Below, one piece after another: positions 7,366 through 11,869 of a DNA stretch of 11,869 bases. Position numbers and translations under genes: made by a program. The stretch is taken from assembly GCA_051746725.1 (NCBI GenBank), contig JBNJFI010000064.1, positions 1 to 11,869 of the forward strand. Reading direction: 5' to 3'. Numbering within the stretch: position 1 is the first letter of the stretch; every line of letters begins with the position of its first letter. Below the pieces are notes generated by a model. It had not been told where the DNA came from and searched no databases. It worked only from the letters and a program-made list of their open reading frames with translations. This stretch comes from Fusobacteriota bacterium (GTDB lineage: Bacteria > Fusobacteriota > Fusobacteriia > Fusobacteriales > JBNJFI01).

Positions 7366-9388
7366 CAAATTCCAAATACATCGTAGTTCCTTTTTTATAT
7401 TCAGAAGTAAACCATATTTTTCCGTTGTTCATTTCCATCATTCTTTTTGTCAGAGCAAGTCCAAGTCCAGTTCCTTTTTCGTTTGTTCCCTTTATTCTTT
7501 CATATTCTTTAAATATCTTATCTCTGTCTTCTTTTTTGATTCCAATTCCAGTATCAGATATCTTTAATATAATAGACTCTTCTTTCTCTTCATAGTCAAA
7601 TACAACTTGACCATCATCCCAATTATATTTTATAGCGTTGCTTGTTATGTTATTTATTATCTGATAAAGCATTAATTCATCAATTTCGATATATAGTTTC
7701 TTATCAATATTATTAATCGTTTCTATATTTCTTAATCCACTTAATATTTTATTATTCAAAATTATTTCATCTATTATTTTGTTTAGATTTACAGACTCAC
7801 GATCAACTTCTAATTTACCTTCAAGTAATTTATTAAAATTTAATACATTATCAATTAGAGCTTTCAATCTCATACTATTTTTATATATTTTTTCCATGTA
7901 TTTTATATATTTTTCATCTATGTTTTCACTATTCAACAAAATACTTTCTATAAATCCAACCATTGAAGTAATTGGAGTTCTCATCTCATGAGAAACAACT
8001 GATATAGTTCTTCCCTCTCTTTGTTTGTCCTTTTCTAATCCGGCAATTTTTATTTCAAGATCCTTTTCTTTTTCTTTAAAATTAGTAACATCAGTGGCAA
8101 TGATATATTTATATGTTCTTTCCTTTATTTTAACTTCAACTTCTTTTTTTAAAAGCCATACAATATCTCCATTGGAATTCTGAGTCTTTATAATTTTATC
8201 TTTTGTATCCAAAAGTTCATTTAGACCTTCATTTTGTTCTATATCCTTTCTTATTTCAGGATTATTATAAAATTCTTCTTTAGTATAACCCAATACCTCT
8301 TTTATTGCAGAATTAACAAATCTATAGCCATTTTCTTTTTCATATAAATATATAATATCTTCATACTTTTCATTTATCTTATAAAAAGTTCCAGCAGAAA
8401 CTAATTCTTTTAAAACTAATACTATATAGCTACTCTCTACATCATTAACTAAATATGCATTTAAACCTATACATTGGTCTTCACATAAAATTCTTTTTTG
8501 ATTTCCTGTTTTAACTAACTCATCTATTTTTTCTACAGATAAATCTTCAGAAATTTCTTCAATATTTTTATTTAAAATATATTTTTTCTTTAAACCAGTT
8601 AACATATTCAAAGCTTTTTCATTAATTTCTTTAACCCTATAATCTAATAATTTTATTACTCCGTAATCAAATTCCTGCAGTATATTTTCAAAGTTTTTTT
8701 CTTTTCTCATCATCTGACTAGAATATCTATTATCAATTGTATTTTCTAAATATTTTATAAAGACATAAAATGAATAAATATATATAATTTTACCCATTGT
8801 AACTAATAAATTATTATCCGAAACAATATTTAATATTATACATAATTCAGCTATAATCTTAAATTTTATGCTTCTTCTAAAAAATTTATTCCCAATAATA
8901 TCAACTTCTAATTTGTTTAAGACAAAATAAAGTTCTAAATATATAAATAATAATAATAACATTCCAGTCTGAGTCATATAAGCAAGTACATATAACGCAA
9001 TATTTGTTAAAATAAACAAAATCATTTTATACATTTTGTTTTTTTGTTTTCTAAATATTAAAACTGCAAAAATTATTATTGCAACATCTATTAATTTTAT
9101 CATATAGAAATAATTATATCCAAAAATCAAGTTGTTTGAAATTTCATAAAGAATTTTAGCTAAAATTATACCAAATAAGCCATAAGTCATTAAAAAATAA
9201 GTATAATCTGATTCTTTGAATAACCTAAATTTTCGATATGAATATATCAAAATTCCCATGGTTTCCAATAATAAAATCAAAACAAACACAAAGGCTGCAC
9301 TATTTTTAGCAAAATATTCGCCATATCCAATTAATCCCACTAAACATATAAAAAAAGTAGTTTCAAAAATAGTTTCTTTTGAATTCAT
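7343..9388 (-). CDS. Sensor histidine kinase with ~7-8 N-terminal TM helices, two PAS-like domains, HisKA and HATPase_c
   Basis: H-box 'SHEMRTPITS', N-box 'QIINNITSNAIKY', G1 'DTGIGI', G2 'GTGLGLAL'. PAS-like 'RFVNSAIKEVLGYTKEEF'. I moved the start from 9409 to the ATG at 9388, because SD AAGGAG lies at 9399-9394 and the upstream stop is at 9392-9390. Confidence 0.93.
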   Translation of the reverse strand: MNSKETIFETTFFICLVGLIGYGEYFAKNSAAFVFVLILLLETMGILIYSYRKFRLFKESDYTYFLMTYGLFGIILAKILYEISNNLIFGYNYFYMIKLIDVAIIIFAVLIFRKQKNKMYKMILFILTNIALYVLAYMTQTGMLLLLFIYLELYFVLNKLEVDIIGNKFFRRSIKFKIIAELCIILNIVSDNNLLVTMGKIIYIYSFYVFIKYLENTIDNRYSSQMMRKEKNFENILQEFDYGVIKLLDYRVKEINEKALNMLTGLKKKYILNKNIEEISEDLSVEKIDELVKTGNQKRILCEDQCIGLNAYLVNDVESSYIVLVLKELVSAGTFYKINEKYEDIIYLYEKENGYRFVNSAIKEVLGYTKEEFYNNPEIRKDIEQNEGLNELLDTKDKIIKTQNSNGDIVWLLKKEVEVKIKERTYKYIIATDVTNFKEKEKDLEIKIAGLEKDKQREGRTISVVSHEMRTPITSMVGFIESILLNSENIDEKYIKYMEKIYKNSMRLKALIDNVLNFNKLLEGKLEVDRESVNLNKIIDEIILNNKILSGLRNIETINNIDKKLYIEIDELMLYQIINNITSNAIKYNWDDGQVVFDYEEKEESIILKISDTGIGIKKEDRDKIFKEYERIKGTNEKGTGLGLALTKRMMEMNNGKIWFTSEYKKGTTMYLEFEKAVEEL

Positions 9389-9389
9389 A

Positions 9390-9809
9390 TTAACTCCTTT
9401 TATTTTCAAATTTCATCAAAAAAGCATCAGTTTTTTTTATAGTTCCTATTGTAGTTATCTTCTCAAAACCAAGCTTTTTATATAATTTAATTGCTTTTTT
9501 GTTTTTACACCGAACTTTCAATATTGTTTTTTTCTTATGTGCTAAAATTTTTAATAACAGTTTAGTAGCTATACCTGATCTTCGATACTTTTTTAAAGTT
9601 GCGATTCGAATAACCTCAATATAATTTTCAAATTTTTTAAAAATTACATATCCTTTTATAATTTCTAAGTCTTCATGAATATAAATCTGAAAATTATTAT
9701 TTAAAATATATTCAGAATATTTTTCAAAACTAATAGGAGTCAAATTATTAGTTTTATCTATTTCTAATAATTTAAAAATAATATTTTTATTATTCTTATT
9801 CTTCTTCAT
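9390..9809 (-). CDS. GNAT acetyltransferase, RimI-like (atypical, possibly degenerate)
   Basis: Acetyl-CoA motif A 'IATLKKYRRSGIATKLL', then 'VR..N..AI.LY.KLGF' and 'DAFLM'. Its start overlaps the end of lepB by 14 bp. Confidence 0.8.
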   Translation of the reverse strand: MKKNKNNKNIIFKLLEIDKTNNLTPISFEKYSEYILNNNFQIYIHEDLEIIKGYVIFKKFENYIEVIRIATLKKYRRSGIATKLLLKILAHKKKTILKVRCKNKKAIKLYKKLGFEKITTIGTIKKTDAFLMKFENKRS

Positions 9810-11028
9810 GTTTTAGAAAACCTAATCTATTTAAAGGCCAAAATCTGAAAAAAGGCTTTCCTTTAATTCTATCCTCAGATACAAACCCCCAAAATCTAGA
9901 ATCGTAACTATTATCACTATTATCTCCTAGAACAAAATAATAATTTTCATCTAAAGTTATAGATTCACCATTTAAAAGTTCCTGCGCTTTTTTTTCATCA
10001 TACATAAAGTCTAAAATTGGACCAGTTTCTTCTTTTCCATTTAATTCAAATTTTAAAACTGGTATTATCTCTGTAACTTTATCAGGATTTTTAGATATAT
10101 AACTTTGAATCGTATCTAAATCTTCCTGTAATTCAATCTTTCCATTTTTATTTAAAACTTCTCCACCTATAATTCTTACTTTATCTCCCTTTTTAGGAAC
10201 CTTCCAAGTTTTTCCATCTAAATGACCAACTTGTGTATAATTATTTTGATATATATCATCAGTCAATTTTTCACCATTAATATATACATTACCATCTTCT
10301 ATATAAACTTTTTCTCCAGGAAGTCCAATTAATCTTTTTGTATATAAAACCTTGTTTTGAACAGGTTCTTTGAAAACTAATATATCTCCTCTATCAGGTT
10401 TTTTAAAATTATATACCACCATATTTCCAAACAATCTATCTTTAGGCATAATTGTTTTTTCCATTGACCCAGTCGGAACTAAAAAATTCCCCAAATAAAA
10501 ATGTTGAATTAATAAAACTAATACTAACGCAGTAACTAGTGTTTCTGTATAATCAACAAATTTTCTAATTGATCCCTCATCTGTGAACACATAAATTAAA
10601 TAGATCAAAGCATTTATTATAAAATATAAAATCATTATAGTGGGTAATTGTGTATGCAATATAAGTTTTTGTAATCCAATGATAATAACATTTATTATAA
10701 ACATACTAGGATACGATTTTACATCTTTAACTTCTTTAAAAAATACAGCAATAATGTTTAATATTCCAACTAAAATCAATAAACCATTAGTCATAAAAAA
10801 ATTATAAAATAATATTATAAAAAATAAATTAAATGCAGAATGAAAAACTGTGATATATTTTATTTTACGTTTTTTTATATTCAAATTCCAATCATATATA
10901 ATTTTATTAGAAAGAGTTTCTCTATAATTTTTAATTATTTTTGCAATTTTCTTTTCATTAACCCATATATATATTAAAAAAGATGTTAAAATCAAATATA
11001 TCAATCCATTTATAATAATCTCATTCAT
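9796..11028 (-). CDS. lepB: Signal peptidase I with an extended hydrophobic N-terminus
   Basis: 'VPTGSMEKTI' (Ser), 'YTKRLIGLPGE' (Lys), 'YFVLGDNSDNSYDSRFWGFV' and 'RFWPLNRLG'. SD AAGGAGA at 11040-11034. Classic rplS-lepB synteny. Confidence 0.95.
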   Translation of the reverse strand: MNEIIINGLIYLILTSFLIYIWVNEKKIAKIIKNYRETLSNKIIYDWNLNIKKRKIKYITVFHSAFNLFFIILFYNFFMTNGLLILVGILNIIAVFFKEVKDVKSYPSMFIINVIIIGLQKLILHTQLPTIMILYFIINALIYLIYVFTDEGSIRKFVDYTETLVTALVLVLLIQHFYLGNFLVPTGSMEKTIMPKDRLFGNMVVYNFKKPDRGDILVFKEPVQNKVLYTKRLIGLPGEKVYIEDGNVYINGEKLTDDIYQNNYTQVGHLDGKTWKVPKKGDKVRIIGGEVLNKNGKIELQEDLDTIQSYISKNPDKVTEIIPVLKFELNGKEETGPILDFMYDEKKAQELLNGESITLDENYYFVLGDNSDNSYDSRFWGFVSEDRIKGKPFFRFWPLNRLGFLKHEEE

Positions 11029-11051
11029 TTTTATCTCCTTTAAAATTTAAT

Positions 11052-11085
11052 TTAAAAAAGCTAGCATAATTGCTAGCTTTTTTAA
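11052..11085 (-). terminator. Rho-independent terminator after rplS
   Basis: Perfect inverted repeat TTAAAAAAGCTAGCA-taat-TGCTAGCTTTTTTAA beginning just after the rplS stop. Confidence 0.88.
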
Positions 11086-11086
11086 T

Positions 11087-11437
11087 CTATTTTTTTTCTT
11101 TTATTCTTGCAGCTTTTCCTTTTCTATCTCTTAAGTAATATAATTTAGATCTTCTTACATTTCCAAATTTCTTAACTTCAATTTTATGGATAAACGGAGA
11201 GTTTACAGGAATAATTCTTTCTACACCAATTCCTCCAAAAGAAATTTTTCTAACAGTCATTTTTTTAGCAACACCTGTTCCAGACATTCGAATTACTACT
11301 CCTTCTAACATCTGTATTCTTTCTTTAGAACCTTCTTTAACTGTATAATGAACGTTTATTGTGTCCCCTACTCTAAATGCAGGAAGATCTTCTCTTAAAT
11401 ATTCATTTTCAACAGCTTGTATTAATGCTTCTTTCAT
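11087..11437 (-). CDS. rplS: 50S ribosomal protein L19
   Basis: '[10 protein letters not shown]', 'KEGSKERIQ', '[14 protein letters not shown]', '[21 protein letters not shown]'. SD AAGGAGG. Confidence 0.99.
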   Translation of the reverse strand: MKEALIQAVENEYLREDLPAFRVGDTINVHYTVKEGSKERIQMLEGVVIRMSGTGVAKKMTVRKISFGGIGVERIIPVNSPFIHKIEVKKFGNVRRSKLYYLRDRKGKAARIKEKK

Positions 11438-11457
11438 TATTTCCTCCTTTCACAAAT

Positions 11458-11491
11458 AATATTCTTATTATAAAAATAACAGCGGAATATC
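11458..11491 (-). ncRNA. L19_leader-like cis-regulatory RNA (ribosomal protein leader)
   Basis: Minus strand reads GAUAUUC-CGCU-GUUAU-uuuu-AUAAU-AA-GAAUAUU: a stem, a CGCU/AA internal loop and a hairpin. This matches the UUCCGCU...AAGAA pattern of the L19 leader, and it lies between the promoter and the rplS SD. Confidence 0.8.
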
Positions 11492-11510
11492 TTTTTTCAA
11501 ATTTAAGTTT

Positions 11511-11539
11511 ATTATAACATTTTATCTTTTGTTAGTCAA
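11511..11539 (-). promoter_or_regulatory. sigma70 promoter of rplS
   Basis: TTGACT (11539-11534), 17-bp spacer, extended -10 TGtTATAAT (11519-11511). A T-tract upstream could serve as an UP element. Confidence 0.85.
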
Positions 11540-11547
11540 TAAAAAAA

Positions 11548-11623
11548 TGGCTCCCCGAGCTGGACTTGAACCAGCGACAAAGTGATTAACAGTCACTCGC
11601 TCTACCAACTGAGCTATCGGGGA
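11548..11623 (-). tRNA. tRNA-Asn (anticodon GTT)
   Basis: 76 nt: TCCCCGATAGCTCAGTTGGTAGAGCGAGTGACT-GTT-AATCACTTTGTCGCTGGTTCAAGTCCAGCTCGGGGAGCCA. Full cloverleaf with encoded CCA. Confidence 0.98.
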
Positions 11624-11744
11624 ACACTAATATTAAATATATTGAACAATATATACTTGATAATCTAGTCAAAAACCTAAAAAAAATTATCTCATCAACT
11701 ATTCATTTTTCAATATAAAATTTTATTATTCTTTCATTTTTTTA

Positions 11745-11769
11745 TATTCTCTATTCATTATTCACTGCT
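11745..11769. repeat. Second copy of the heptamer tandem repeat
   Basis: TA TTCTCTA TTCATTA TTCACTG CT, about 10 nt downstream of the 5S rRNA 3' end, in the same orientation as the 96-132 copy. Confidence 0.6.
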
Positions 11770-11778
11770 TTATTAAAA

Positions 11779-11869
11779 GCTTGGCTAGGTCCTATCCTCT
11801 CAAGCGGCTGCCCGCTAAATACTTTCGGCGCTGAAAGACTTTACTTCTGGGTTCGATATGTGACCAGGT
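11779..11869 (-). rRNA. rrf: 5S rRNA (3' ~91 nt; the 5' end is outside the window)
   Basis: Minus strand ACCTGGTCACATATCGAACCCAGAAGTAAAG...AGCGCCGAAAGTA...GAGAGGATAGGACCTAGCCAAGC contains the 5S hallmarks CGAAC, GAAGTnAAG, GCGCCGA and the loop E region. Confidence 0.95.

Noticed and set aside
7186..7368. 60-aa minus-strand ORF
   Set aside because: Antisense to the conserved metX C-terminus and crosses the terminator.
7779..7991. 70-aa plus-strand ORF
   Set aside because: Antisense shadow of the HisKA domain.
9389..9409. Kinase start at 9409 as given in the ORF track
   Set aside because: The ATG at 9388 has a well-spaced AAGGAG and follows the GNAT stop directly, so it is the better start.
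9216..9485. 89-aa plus-strand ORF
   Set aside because: Antisense to the kinase/GNAT junction, with no SD or motif.
11646..11672. Possible tRNA-Asn promoter (TTGACT...TATTGT)
   Set aside because: The spacer is only 15 bp and the -10 is poor.

Overview
Very AT-rich bacterial chromosomal window. The RplS, LepB and 5S rRNA sequences resemble Fusobacteriota; this is an inference from recalled homologs, not a search. Almost everything lies on the minus strand, co-oriented with an rRNA operon. From the right end the order is: 3' part of a 5S rRNA, tRNA-Asn(GTT), a sigma70 promoter with an L19-leader RNA, rplS, an intrinsic terminator, then a tightly coupled trio of lepB (with an unusually long polytopic N-terminus), a RimI-like GNAT and an orphan multi-TM PAS histidine kinase. 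A stand-alone metX on the plus strand converges on the kinase and diverges from a flavodoxin-family gene. Next comes a two-gene lipoprotein operon: a 1128-aa Ig/Fn3-repeat protein and a PDZ/S41 protease carrying two tandem Fn3-like domains. Another gene starts at position 21 and runs off the left edge. No CRISPR array, transposase or integrase is visible. The best candidate for an undescribed system is the lipoprotein/S41 protease pair. Smaller oddities are a terminator built from the last codons of two convergent genes, a dispersed heptamer repeat, and an apparently degenerating rimI-like gene.
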